Source: a virus | Taxonomy: Duplodnaviria; Caudoviricetes | Reading direction: 5' to 3' (one strand) | Virus record (IMG/VR): IMGVR_UViG_3300010244_000062 | Span: 1-38,803 of that record | Length of the DNA stretch: 38,803 bases | Shown here: piece after piece, positions 27,603-36,379 of the stretch | Numbering within the stretch: position 1 is the stretch's first letter | Layout: every line of letters begins with the position of its first letter | Program-made: the position numbers and the translations under genes | The notes under the pieces: model-generated | Told to the model about the DNA's origin: nothing | Databases searched by the model: none | What the model saw: the letters and a program-made list of their open reading frames with translations, nothing else

Positions 27603-27617
27603 TATTCAATCCCCCCC

Positions 27618-28112
27618 TTAATATCCTGAAGCCTGTCTGTCGTGATTGATTTGATTTTTATTTAAGTATTCCTGATAAATATCATCTTCTGAAAAACCCG
27701 CTCTTTCTCCAATGTCCATAAATAAGGAAAATGCCACCTTCCAGACGTTTTCAGGATGATAATCAGTGTACATGCTGTTAACGTACTGCTTGCACTCTAA
27801 AAACAAGTCATTCATGTTTTTGTTACCATTATCGTGATAAATAACATTATCAATCTCCATATCATTAGCCAGCGACAAGAAGAAATGCAGTGCATCCACA
27901 TATTCTGTCAGTGCTTTTTCTCGATCCATGCCTTTATTGCTCCAAAATTTGAAAAACCGCACTTCATTGGCAAACTCACTTAATTCCACATCCAATGCTA
28001 TTAATTTATCCTTGATAGAAACATAATCAATGTTTTTCTCTTGCTTAATTCTTTCATCCAAAATAAATTGCTTGCTTTGTAAATCGTTAAAAGTAATTAT
28101 CCTCATCATCAT
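27618..28112 (-). CDS. dut: Dimeric dUTPase (dUTPase_2); frame open up to 28211
   Basis: ELSEFANE.RFFKFWS, EYVDALHFFLS and KNQINHDRQASGY motifs. Confidence 0.9.
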   Translation of the reverse strand: MMMRIITFNDLQSKQFILDERIKQEKNIDYVSIKDKLIALDVELSEFANEVRFFKFWSNKGMDREKALTEYVDALHFFLSLANDMEIDNVIYHDNGNKNMNDLFLECKQYVNSMYTDYHPENVWKVAFSLFMDIGERAGFSEDDIYQEYLNKNQINHDRQASGY

Positions 28113-28210
28113 TTTAAACCCCTTCATAGCGTTTTTATTTTTCACCCTAACTAAACCCCACAATCCATTTTTAAACCAAATGTGGTTTACCTGTGTTTTG
28201 ATTTTAGACA

Positions 28211-28474
28211 TTAATCAAGTAATCCTCTTTCTCTTTCCTTTATTTTTCCTTTTCTTGCTCTATCAATAACCAAAACTACAACTTCATCAGGATCCCTGTA
28301 TACTCTTTCAGCTATCCTCCAGATAGAAACCTCTTTTTTCCATAGCGTCTGTACCATTTCAACTTCCCACCAATCCCAGCCAAATTCAAACGCCTGGTCA
28401 TCCAATGCCAGATAGTCATATTCTCTTTTCAGTGGCTTCAATGGGGAACTGCTCATTTGTGTTGCCCTAGACAT
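28211..28474 (-). CDS. Conserved Bacillus-phage HTH-like protein
   Basis: W...EV......W....SIWRIAE...RDPDEV pattern. Confidence 0.65.
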   Translation of the reverse strand: MSRATQMSSSPLKPLKREYDYLALDDQAFEFGWDWWEVEMVQTLWKKEVSIWRIAERVYRDPDEVVVLVIDRARKGKIKERERGLLD

Positions 28475-28661
28475 TATTGCAGACCGCCGCTGACTGAAGC
28501 ATATATTGCTTAAATTCATCACTGATTTCATTTTCATGGCCACAAGTCGGACACTTTAAAAAATCACTGATTAATAATTTTGGCTCAAACCAGGACGGAA
28601 CTTGCGAAACATCCCGGCATTGGTCACAAGTGACAATCAATAAACCTTTGCTTTTTATCAT
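28467..28661 (-). CDS. Zn-ribbon protein
   Basis: CDQC...CPTC. Confidence 0.65.
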   Translation of the reverse strand: MIKSKGLLIVTCDQCRDVSQVPSWFEPKLLISDFLKCPTCGHENEISDEFKQYMLQSAAVCNNV

Positions 28662-28667
28662 GCTGCA

Positions 28668-29468
28668 TCACCCTTCCCTTGAATCTTTCAAACGGTTATT
28701 TTCTCCATCGATTTTCAAAACGCTTGTATCTCTGTTTTGAACTCTGCTGAAGTTCCTTTCACCTAGTTCGGTTTTTAATTCATCTGGAGATAGATTAGTG
28801 GTGTAAATTGTGTGTTTTCCTTGTCGGCTGTCGATAATGTCGTAGATTCTTTCACTGGTCCAATCGGTTCTTTTTTCCGTTCCAATATCATCCAAAATTA
28901 ATAGATCCACATCTTCCAGCACTGTCAATATTTCATCTTCATTCACTTCTGAATCTTTATTGTAGGTACTTTTTATTTTTCTTAGCATTTTAGGAACTGA
29001 AATAAATATGGAACTATAACCTTTTTCCATCACGCCATCCGCAATTGCTTTTGCCAGGTGACTTTTACCAACCCCATAAATTCCATGCATTAAAAGATTT
29101 TTTGAATCATCTATATCAAACACTTCCACATATCTTTCAGCTGTTCTTTTGGCATAATCTTGACGATGATTATCTGGCTGGTAGTTTTCAAAACATGCAT
29201 TTTGCAAATCTCTGTTTATAAGAGAATGCCTATCAAATACCTTTTTCATCTTTTCTTGCTTCAGGTGATTTCTTTTTTTTAGTTCTTCATTGGCCATTTG
29301 GATTTCTTCACATCTGCATCCTTTTTTCCATTCCATGGTTTCCCCTTTATGTTCTCCACCCACGATTTCAATTTCGTATACTTCTGTTTCGTTTTGGCAG
29401 TCAGAACAAAATTCTGTCTTTATTAAAGTCATATTTGGAATCGTCAGACTGGTAGCTAGACTTTTCAT
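28668..29468 (-). CDS. DnaC/IstB-like helicase loader ATPase
   Basis: GIYGVGKSHL, LLILDDIG and YTTNL motifs; N-terminal Cys cluster. Confidence 0.9.
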   Translation of the reverse strand: MKSLATSLTIPNMTLIKTEFCSDCQNETEVYEIEIVGGEHKGETMEWKKGCRCEEIQMANEELKKRNHLKQEKMKKVFDRHSLINRDLQNACFENYQPDNHRQDYAKRTAERYVEVFDIDDSKNLLMHGIYGVGKSHLAKAIADGVMEKGYSSIFISVPKMLRKIKSTYNKDSEVNEDEILTVLEDVDLLILDDIGTEKRTDWTSERIYDIIDSRQGKHTIYTTNLSPDELKTELGERNFSRVQNRDTSVLKIDGENNRLKDSREG

Positions 29469-30306
29469 TTGGTGCGCCCCCTTTAATTGCCTTAAATCCA
29501 TCATCACTTTGTTTTTCCATTTGCAGCCTGTCGAATTGTTTTCTTAACTTATCTGGTGAAAGAATGTTTTTATGCCAGAAATGATGCTGTTGGCTGAATA
29601 AGATTAAATCCTGGACTTCTTTACCTGTTCTATTATCTCGTTCCATCATCAGTCTGAATGTATTTGCCCAAGATTCATAATTGGGATCTTTTGCATTTGG
29701 ATTGTTTTCTTTAATTTTTTTAAATAACAATTCCGCCAGCTGCATGTGATGCGTTTCAAATTTCAATTTGGAACTTGACGCATTTTCTTTCTTTGACTCT
29801 TCTCTTTCTCTTTCTCTTCTCTTCTCTTCTCTTCTCTCCGTCAGTGAACCGTCATTTACACCGTCACTTTCTAACACTTCACCGTCATTTTGTGACGCAC
29901 TAACGTCATTTTGTGACGTTTCTTCAATTTTTTGCTGTTGTTTTTGACGCTCCATATATCTTCTTTGTCTTTCAGCGCTTTCTGTTTCGCTTCCCACCAT
30001 TACAGGGAATTTACTTAGAAAATAATTTCCATTTTCATAAACTTGCATCAAACCTTTATTCATCAAAAATGAAACAGTGATTTCCACGTTTTCCACTTCT
30101 TCATCCAATGTCAAAGCCAATTCTTCAGAAAAATTTCTTCCAATACCATCAAATGTCAATATCCCATCCTTATCCAGGCTTTCTAATAACATTTTTTGAT
30201 ATATGATTGTGTAAGTGTCGCCACCTGCAATTTTTCTTAAAAGTTTAATTTCCTTTTGATTAAAGAAATCTTTTGGCATCTTCAGCCAATAATATCTTTT
30301 AGGCAT
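29401..30306 (-). CDS. Phage replisome organizer (lytic initiator)
   Basis: KRYYWLKMPKDFF..KEIKLLRKIAGGDTYTIIY; C-terminal FWHKNILSPDKLRKQFDRL. Confidence 0.9.
   Translation of the reverse strand: MPKRYYWLKMPKDFFNQKEIKLLRKIAGGDTYTIIYQKMLLESLDKDGILTFDGIGRNFSEELALTLDEEVENVEITVSFLMNKGLMQVYENGNYFLSKFPVMVGSETESAERQRRYMERQKQQQKIEETSQNDVSASQNDGEVLESDGVNDGSLTERREEKRREREREESKKENASSSKLKFETHHMQLAELLFKKIKENNPNAKDPNYESWANTFRLMMERDNRTGKEVQDLILFSQQHHFWHKNILSPDKLRKQFDRLQMEKQSDDGFKAIKGGAPNEKSSYQSDDSKYDFNKDRILF
29797..29918. repeat. Lytic origin iterons inside the initiator gene
   Basis: CGTCATTTTGTGACG at 29883 and 29904 (21-bp period); CCGTCA at 29838, 29849 and 29861; adjacent (CTCTT)n tract. Confidence 0.7.
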
Positions 30307-30371
30307 CTTTTCACCCTTTCATCTATGCTGTTCTGAATGAATGTAGGAAAAGGGGAAATGCCCCTATTCCT

Positions 30372-31217
30372 TTATTCTTGCCCTTGCCCTGTTTCCTGGT
30401 GGTCTATAATTTCTCCGGTTTCTTCATCATGATCTTTAATATCAATGACTTCAGTCATATCCTCGGAAAATTCATTTTTAACCGTTTCATCCGATGACAG
30501 CTGCTTGGAAAATTCAATGCTTTTTGGTGCATATTTCAGCACATCTTTCAGAACCGTTTTCTTGGCCATGGCATCAAAATCCGTTTTCCATGGACTTGAC
30601 CAACCCCTTGCATATGCCTGGGAATAAGTTTGTGCGTGCTGTTTTACCTTATCTGCAGACCAAACCACAAAATCATGGCCACCGTTGTTCAGGTGATACA
30701 CTGCATAATAATAAATGGGATCGCCTTCAGGTGTATCTGCTGGAATGTGCTTCAAATCCTTGAAAAGACCATATTCAAAAGTAAAATCATCATTTGGATA
30801 TATCTCATGGGCGTATATAGCCTTGTATTGCTGTGTTCTGTGTGCCAGGCTTAATAAACCCTTATACCCCATCTGAAATTGCGCTTCAGTGATTCCCTTT
30901 TTCCTGTTTTCATATGGAATCAGGTATGCTTCACCAAGTGGTGTATTTGGTTCAAGTCCAAGCTGTGCTGATTGCATAACCGCTGATAATAAACTCATTG
31001 GATCCGCTTGCCCCAACTTTGGGGTATTTCTTACGGCAGTCAGTGCGATTCTGCTCATTCTTTCCGCTGTAATGTGTTTAGGCAACGCCCTTTTGATTTC
31101 TGGTTCCATCTTTTCAATCATGCCCTTGATGGTATTGCCTTCTTTCTTTTTCTGCGGTGCCTGGTTTCCTTGCTGCTTCAATTGATTTTTAATTCCTTCG
31201 CTTGTTTTTGTTGCCAT
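30372..31217 (-). CDS. recT: RecT-family single-strand annealing protein
   Basis: AQLGLEPN..LGEAYLIPY, QMGYKGL and W..DFDAMAKKTV motifs. Confidence 0.93.
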   Translation of the reverse strand: MATKTSEGIKNQLKQQGNQAPQKKKEGNTIKGMIEKMEPEIKRALPKHITAERMSRIALTAVRNTPKLGQADPMSLLSAVMQSAQLGLEPNTPLGEAYLIPYENRKKGITEAQFQMGYKGLLSLAHRTQQYKAIYAHEIYPNDDFTFEYGLFKDLKHIPADTPEGDPIYYYAVYHLNNGGHDFVVWSADKVKQHAQTYSQAYARGWSSPWKTDFDAMAKKTVLKDVLKYAPKSIEFSKQLSSDETVKNEFSEDMTEVIDIKDHDEETGEIIDHQETGQGQE

Positions 31218-31267
31218 TGTTTATTTCCCCTTTTCAAATTTGTTATTAATAATATTAATGTTTATAT

Positions 31268-31771
31268 TCACATAGCTTGCTTCATAATCGTTTGAAACTC
31301 TGCATCTGTCAGCTTGATTTTTGCCCCATTCTTTTCCAGGACGATACTTCCATTCAAAATATCTTTGTACACTTCCAAATCTGATAGACCCGATTCTTTT
31401 TCTGCAGCATCCGCTGGAACATCTTCTGGAATGTCTTCTGGTTCTAATTGGTTTTGGTTTTCTTTTCTTTCAATGTTTGACTTCCTGAAGTCTGAAACAT
31501 TACCATTTTTGTGATTAAAAGCTGTTTTATGATCTCCGAAAAGAAACATATAAATGGAAATTCCTCTTCCAGACGATTCACCTTTTTGCTTCCCCCGAAT
31601 GTCATATTTTCCTTGGCTTCTTTTGTTCCTTTGGATATACCACATATGAAACTATTTAACTTTTGGTAAATCATCAGCATCTATAATAAAGCTGTTCACC
31701 ATTCCGTCATTTGCCCTTCTGGTAGAAAAAATCTTCACTGCGTTATTTTCTTCGATAAAATCGTTTCTCAT
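31268..31771 (-). pseudogene. Degenerate HNH-endonuclease-like gene interrupted by an in-frame TAG at 31654-31652
   Basis: MRNDF...FIIDADDLPKVK*FHMWY...FNHKNGNVSDFRKSNI; strong RBS at the 31771 start. Confidence 0.65.
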
Positions 31772-31789
31772 GATTGTTTTCCCCTTTCT

Positions 31790-32722
31790 TTATTTAACCG
31801 TAAATCTTCTGGATTCAGATTCTTTGATGTATCTTTCATGCAGTTCTGGATAGTCTTTTTTGAACTGCTTGCTGTCGAAACGATTGGAAATGACTGTTTT
31901 CCAGGTGATAAACCTTTGCCCAGCATTTGCCTTTTCAGCATCTTCCATTTCACCTTTGATACGGTTTTCAATGTCTTTCAGCTGCTTTTCCGTTTCTTTC
32001 TTTTCTTCTTTCAACTTATCGTATGTTTCCAATTCTTCAGCAAAACTATTGGATAGCTGCACTTCTTTTTCAGCATCTGAATATGGATACATCCATTTCA
32101 AAATTTCATCTGAAGCCCTGCTGGCATCAAAATCAGGTGGATCTTGTGGGATGACGTGGTTTTCCCAAAAATCCCTGGCCTTTTCAATCATCATTTCAAT
32201 TAATTCATCATCACGCTCAATGACATCCATGTGAAATTTGTTTCCGCCTATCAAAACTGCAATATGCCATCTTTCATATCCTGTAACCAACATGTACCAT
32301 TGGCACTGGAGATAGTATTGATCTGGAACCGTTTCGCCTTCTTCCCATTCTTTCTTCAAATGCTCATTTGTTGTTTTGCATTCCAATCCTTCATGCCTTC
32401 CAACTATCAATCTATCGACATTGGCTGTCATATAAGGGAAATCTTCCCTTTGCAGCATGGCATTCCTTTTTCGCACTTTAAGACCTGACCGCTTTTGAAA
32501 TTCCTTTGCCACAATATCTTCAAGAACATTTCCCCAGTACATAGCTTCATTTTCCTGCGCTGGTGGCAATTCTCCGATTTTTTCCTGGTACACCTTGATA
32601 GGTGATGACCATTTGGAAATCCCAAGTATGCCAGCAATATCACTGCCGCCAATTCCATCTTTTCGCCATTCCAACCAACCTTGATAACTTAAATCCTTTG
32701 TATTTACTAGAACCTGTGTCAT
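31790..32722 (-). CDS. YqaJ-like viral recombinase exonuclease
   Basis: WLEWRKDGIGGSD, ANVDR, LECKT and YYLQCQWYM motifs. Confidence 0.93.
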   Translation of the reverse strand: MTQVLVNTKDLSYQGWLEWRKDGIGGSDIAGILGISKWSSPIKVYQEKIGELPPAQENEAMYWGNVLEDIVAKEFQKRSGLKVRKRNAMLQREDFPYMTANVDRLIVGRHEGLECKTTNEHLKKEWEEGETVPDQYYLQCQWYMLVTGYERWHIAVLIGGNKFHMDVIERDDELIEMMIEKARDFWENHVIPQDPPDFDASRASDEILKWMYPYSDAEKEVQLSNSFAEELETYDKLKEEKKETEKQLKDIENRIKGEMEDAEKANAGQRFITWKTVISNRFDSKQFKKDYPELHERYIKESESRRFTVK

Positions 32723-32874
32723 GGAAGAACCACCTCACAAATTTCATTTTCTTCCATGTCCATGATGTAATCTTTCACACAATCTTTTGAACAAAAATAA
32801 GTACTGTCATAATGAAGCACTTCTTCACCTTGATTCATTTCAACTTCGCATTGTTCACATTCAAAATTAAACAT
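32719..32874 (-). CDS. 51-aa Cys-rich Zn-finger protein (YqaI-like)
   Basis: CEQC...FCSKDC; RBS AAGGGTG; not in the ORF track. Confidence 0.7.
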   Translation of the reverse strand: MFNFECEQCEVEMNQGEEVLHYDSTYFCSKDCVKDYIMDMEENEICEVVLP

Positions 32875-32974
32875 TGTTTTCACCCTTTCATTGTTTTTCA
32901 GGTGAATCTTTGTTATTATTCCATTATCGAAAATTTAATGATTCACCCTTGAAAGATCCTGGCCATCCTACTGG

Positions 32975-33085
32975 TTAAAGGATCTTATTTTGTATCTTCA
33001 TCCAATTCAGGACTGCTTTCTTCATAATCAAATCCGATTTTTCTTCTTCACTTAACTTTTGCCAATCTGTAGCATTGATTTTCAA
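32975..33085 (-). CDS. 36-aa protein after cro
   Basis: TTG start after GGGGTGA; MKINATDWQKLSEEEKSDLI... Confidence 0.5.
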   Translation of the reverse strand: MKINATDWQKLSEEEKSDLIMKKAVLNWMKIQNKIL

Positions 33086-33089
33086 AGCA

Positions 33090-33314
33090 TCACCCCACCC
33101 CTCTCCGTTTTCCTTTTTCCAGATTTTCATCTGCAAACATATCTATATCAAAATCCAGTATTGACGCTAATTTAAAAGCGATATCAATGGATGGATTTCT
33201 TTGCCCCAACTCAATCATTGAAATGGTTTTGTTGGTATAACCGCATCTTTCAGCCAATTCCTCTTGCGTCAATTCTTTTTGTTTTCTTTGTTGAACTAGC
33301 CAGTTTCTTTTCAT
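33090..33314 (-). CDS. Cro-like XRE HTH regulator
   Basis: LTQEELAE.......ISMIELGQRNPS; first gene of the early operon. Confidence 0.88.
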   Translation of the reverse strand: MKRNWLVQQRKQKELTQEELAERCGYTNKTISMIELGQRNPSIDIAFKLASILDFDIDMFADENLEKGKRRGVG

Positions 33315-33346
33315 CTGCTGACCCCCTCTCGATTGACTGTAATGCT

Positions 33347-33375
33347 ATTATAATCTACTTTTTGTAGAAATTCAA
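33347..33375 (-). promoter_or_regulatory. Early lytic promoter with an operator in the spacer
   Basis: TTGAAT-17-TATAAT; TCTAC-TTTTT-GTAGA at 33354-33368. Confidence 0.8.
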
Positions 33376-33469
33376 CCCATAAAACAAACTTTTTTATTTA
33401 AAATGCTACTTTATGAATCAGAATATTTCGTGACGATTCTTGTCTAAAATTTTTCCCAATAAATTCCGG

Positions 33470-33506
33470 TCTACATATAGTAGAATAAATAGTTTTCGTT
33501 TATAAT
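33470..33506 (+). promoter_or_regulatory. Repressor promoter with an operator over the -35 region
   Basis: TCTAC-ATATA-GTAGA at 33470-33484; TATAAT at 33501-33506. Confidence 0.65.
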
Positions 33507-33556
33507 GGCTATTAGATATAATAAGTTTGAAAGAATAAAAAAAGGGGAATCAAATC

Positions 33557-33913
33557 ATGTTTGGAGAAAGATTACGGAAACTGAGAAAAGAGAAACGTCT
33601 TACAATGGAAGAATTGGCCGAAAAACTGGAATTAAGTCGTTCTGGTTATTCTGCTTATGAGAATGAAAGCAGGAAACCACCATTGGATCTGATTATTCAA
33701 CTGGCTGAATTTCATAATACATCAGCAGATTACATACTAGGATTGACCGACAACCCAACTTCAGATAAAGACAAAAGAGATTTTCAGCAATATATACAAA
33801 ATAACGACTTGACCTGGGGAGGTGTTCCATTGAAAGAAGATGAATTGAAACCAATCAAAGACCTTTTGGAAGTCATTGTCCGTGACCGCCTTCCAAATCA
33901 TAAGGATAAATAA
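33557..33913 (+). CDS. Prophage repressor (XRE/ImmR-like, no S24 autocleavage domain)
   Basis: MFGERLRKLRK...YENESRKP...SADYILG; divergent from cro. Confidence 0.88.
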   Translation: MFGERLRKLRKEKRLTMEELAEKLELSRSGYSAYENESRKPPLDLIIQLAEFHNTSADYILGLTDNPTSDKDKRDFQQYIQNNDLTWGGVPLKEDELKPIKDLLEVIVRDRLPNHKDK

Positions 33914-33936
33914 AAAAAGCCCTGAACAGGCTTTTT
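33912..33936. terminator. Bidirectional terminator
   Basis: AAAAAGCC-loop-GGCTTTTT. Confidence 0.7.
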
Positions 33937-33945
33937 CGTGTATGT

Positions 33946-34116
33946 TCAGGCGCATTCCATCTTTTCAGCAATATATTGTATGTCGCTTTGTTTTAAAACC
34001 CCCATGGCATACAAATGATTCAGATGTTCTTTTAAATCCAATTCATTTTTGCAGTTATAGTCCGTATTATTATTTAAAATAGAAATTGCACTTTTCAATA
34101 CGTCTACATCCTCCAT
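33946..34116 (-). CDS. Small SOS-controlled protein (56 aa), candidate antirepressor
   Basis: Monocistronic; downstream of a LexA-box promoter; convergent with the repressor. Confidence 0.6.
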   Translation of the reverse strand: MEDVDVLKSAISILNNNTDYNCKNELDLKEHLNHLYAMGVLKQSDIQYIAEKMECA

Positions 34117-34157
34117 ACTTTCACAACACCACCCAATCACAATAATCATTAAATTAC

Positions 34158-34186
34158 ATTTTAGAACATTAGTTCTGTTTGTTCAA
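34158..34186 (-). promoter_or_regulatory. LexA (Cheo) box inside a SigA promoter
   Basis: AGAAC-ATTA-GTTCT at 34163-34176 within TTGAAC-17-TAAAAT. Confidence 0.8.
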
Positions 34187-34206
34187 CCTCTTATTTCCTA
34201 TAATAG

Positions 34207-34239
34207 AAAAAGATGCCACCCATTATGATAGCATCTTTT
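34207..34239. terminator. Terminator ending the 36224-34289 operon
   Basis: AAAAGATGC...GCATCTTTT inverted repeat. Confidence 0.7.
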
Positions 34240-34288
34240 GTAAACAAAATGTTACTAAAATCCACTGAATGTAACACAATTAAAATAA

Positions 34289-34519
34289 TTATTTAATATA
34301 CACTACATCACCGAATCCATTATTCCATCCATCTATTTCCTTGCCATTATTTAAAGCATTTCTTATAGATTCTTGATCGTCTTTATAAAAAACTGTAATT
34401 GTTTCAATCGCTCGTCCATCTTGAATAATGTCGAACTGGCTTAAATCAAAATCAAATGGCTTTTCCTTCACGATATATCTTTCTCTTTCCCATGTGTTAA
34501 TATATTTTTCTCCAAACAT
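34289..34519 (-). CDS. Hypothetical protein
   Basis: 76 aa; RBS AAGGGGG. Confidence 0.65.
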   Translation of the reverse strand: MFGEKYINTWERERYIVKEKPFDFDLSQFDIIQDGRAIETITVFYKDDQESIRNALNNGKEIDGWNNGFGDVVYIK

Positions 34520-34531
34520 GCAGCAACCCCC

Positions 34532-35575
34532 TTACTGAATTTCAAAAGGTGTTGTGAATGTTTTTTCAGCACCCCGTGGTGATTCAATTGTTGTTTTTAT
34601 TCTCCAATCCCCAACTGGATATGCGCTGCTTAAATATAGATACGGCTCATATCTTCCATTTGCTTTTGTTTCACCAGACAGCGTTTTATACCTTGCCCAT
34701 TCACCGCCTGTATATCGTTGAAATTCATGTGTGATTTCTGCGCCATTATATGGATAGTTATCAATCAAACCTTTTGATCTGTCACCAGCGACTGTGTAAA
34801 CATATAAATTGTTATGCTGCTGATACACACCGCCATTTCCAATCGATTGCCTATGTCCGATTTCCAGGACTGGTTCCAGGTAGTCATATACCAATTTTGC
34901 GCCTTCTGGTGTCAAATGCGTGCCTGTTTCATCAATCAATCCTGAATTGATTAGTGCAGCATCTGAATTTCCGCCAGCTTCATCAATGATGATGTTGTGT
35001 AAATCTACCAAAGAAACACCCACATCATCAGCCGCCCTTCTTACAATATCGTTATAATCATTGTTCCAGGCTTGGACACCGCCTGCTGGTGCATACCAAT
35101 CCTTATTATGGCGTTCATAATAAATAGATTTCACTGGTGGCAATGTTGTCATTAGAACAACATTAGACCCCTGTTCTTTTAATTCACTTACAAAATATCT
35201 TATATTTTCCTCAAATTGTGCCTTGCTCACTTTTGGATCCATTTTTGCTGTCATGGACTGGTCATTCGTTCCAAACATAATAACCACATCAGTTGGATTT
35301 TCGCTCAAAACATCCTGCTGAAATCTTTCTTTTGCTTGTTCCGTTGTATTCCCTGCAATTCCAGCGTTTAAAATGTTGTATCCAGCATCTTCCAAACGAT
35401 TGAACCATTTATCCGATTGTTCCCAGGATTCCAGCCAATTGGATCCAAGTGTGTTGCTATCTCCAAATGCCACGATTTTTTCATTTTCCGCAGAAACTGG
35501 TGATGCCATAAATAAAGATGTTGCCAATCCCACGACCCCTGCTGCTGTAACGATTCTTTTAATTGTACGGTTCAT
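34532..35575 (-). CDS. Secreted SGNH/GDSL hydrolase with an extra C-terminal domain
   Basis: Signal peptide (VSA-EN); blocks FGDSNT, NAGIAGNT, FGTND and TH. Confidence 0.88.
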   Translation of the reverse strand: MNRTIKRIVTAAGVVGLATSLFMASPVSAENEKIVAFGDSNTLGSNWLESWEQSDKWFNRLEDAGYNILNAGIAGNTTEQAKERFQQDVLSENPTDVVIMFGTNDQSMTAKMDPKVSKAQFEENIRYFVSELKEQGSNVVLMTTLPPVKSIYYERHNKDWYAPAGGVQAWNNDYNDIVRRAADDVGVSLVDLHNIIIDEAGGNSDAALINSGLIDETGTHLTPEGAKLVYDYLEPVLEIGHRQSIGNGGVYQQHNNLYVYTVAGDRSKGLIDNYPYNGAEITHEFQRYTGGEWARYKTLSGETKANGRYEPYLYLSSAYPVGDWRIKTTIESPRGAEKTFTTPFEIQ

Positions 35576-35629
35576 ATTATCATTATCCTTTCGGTTATTA
35601 TTAATATTATTGTTAATGTTATTATTTAT
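35576..35629. repeat. Longest RWTAWY hexamer array (7 of 9 units perfect)
   Basis: ATTATC ATTATC ctttcg GTTATT ATTAAT ATTATT GTTAAT GTTATT atttat. Confidence 0.75.
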
Positions 35630-35739
35630 AAATTAGTAACTATTGCAACATAAAGTGATGCCAATGTTACCGGAAAAGCTATCTGATAAAACTTTGAAGC
35701 ACGATCCAACCTTTTCCATTTACTTTCTATTGTTTTCAT
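35626..35739 (-). CDS. 37-aa membrane peptide
   Basis: RBS AAGGGTGA; hydrophobic C-terminus. Confidence 0.5.
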   Translation of the reverse strand: MKTIESKWKRLDRASKFYQIAFPVTLASLYVAIVTNL

Positions 35740-35755
35740 TGTTGTTCACCCTTCC

Positions 35756-36040
35756 TCATATTAAAATCATTTCATATCCATAAAATAAACCTTTACGGTT
35801 ATTGCCAAAATTCACAGTATAGCAGTAATCACCTTTTTTAGTTTGTGATTTTTCCATGACATGACCTTTCTTGTTTTCAAATTCCTTTTGGTAGTAATAA
35901 TCTTCAACATCAAGATTTGCGTTTGCTTTTCGTATTTTAACAAGATTCCCCAGATCAAATAATTGTTCTGTTTCTTCTTTTTGCTTTGATTCTTCTAAAA
36001 TGTCGAAAATACCCATCTGTTCCATTTCATTATTTGCCAC
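35756..36040 (-). CDS. Hypothetical protein (SH3/KOW-like pattern)
   Basis: 94 aa; RBS AAAGGTGG. Confidence 0.65.
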   Translation of the reverse strand: MANNEMEQMGIFDILEESKQKEETEQLFDLGNLVKIRKANANLDVEDYYYQKEFENKKGHVMEKSQTKKGDYCYTVNFGNNRKGLFYGYEMILI

Positions 36041-36224
36041 CTTTCAATGCTGCTTGTGCTGTACACCCTTCATCAAACTTTATCGGACTTTCACCATTTT
36101 TATTTTCCAAATAACTGTGTTCATCCGCATAAAATTCCAATGCTTTTTCCAATTCTTCTATTCTTGCTGCAGCGTATCTTTTGCTGAGATAGAAGGATTC
36201 ACCTAGTCCAGAACTTCCCTTCAC
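36030..36224 (-). CDS. Hypothetical protein
   Basis: ELEKALEFYAD...AQAAL pattern common in phage early genes; start uncertain. Confidence 0.55.
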   Translation of the reverse strand: MKGSSGLGESFYLSKRYAAARIEELEKALEFYADEHSYLENKNGESPIKFDEGCTAQAALKGGK

Positions 36225-36262
36225 TTTATGATTGGTTTGTTATCTCAACTAATCTACTTCTT

Positions 36263-36291
36263 ATTATAATCTACTAATTGTAGAATTTCAA
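36263..36291 (-). promoter_or_regulatory. Second repressor-controlled early promoter
   Basis: TTGAAA-17-TATAAT with TCTAC-TAATT-GTAGA at 36270-36284; near copy of 33347-33375. Confidence 0.8.
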
Positions 36292-36344
36292 CCCCTTTTT
36301 AGGAAATTAAATAAAAATTTTCTACTAAAAGTATCTTTTTGTTA

Positions 36345-36373
36345 TTGCAATTAATAACATTATTGATTATAAT
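36345..36373 (+). promoter_or_regulatory. SigA promoter for a small RNA, overlapped by a hexamer array
   Basis: TTGCAA(36345-36350)-17-TATAAT(36368-36373). Confidence 0.7.
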
Positions 36374-36379
36374 AATATT

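Noticed and set aside
28112-28211. Functional 33-aa N-terminal extension of the dUTPase
   Set aside because: The frame is open, but an RBS (AAGGGG) precedes the ATG at 28112 and homology begins there; cannot be resolved from sequence
32875-32990. RBS-sequestering switch before the Zn-finger/yqaJ genes
   Set aside because: The TTCACC/GGTGAA pairings are only 6-7 bp and could be chance in RBS-rich sequence
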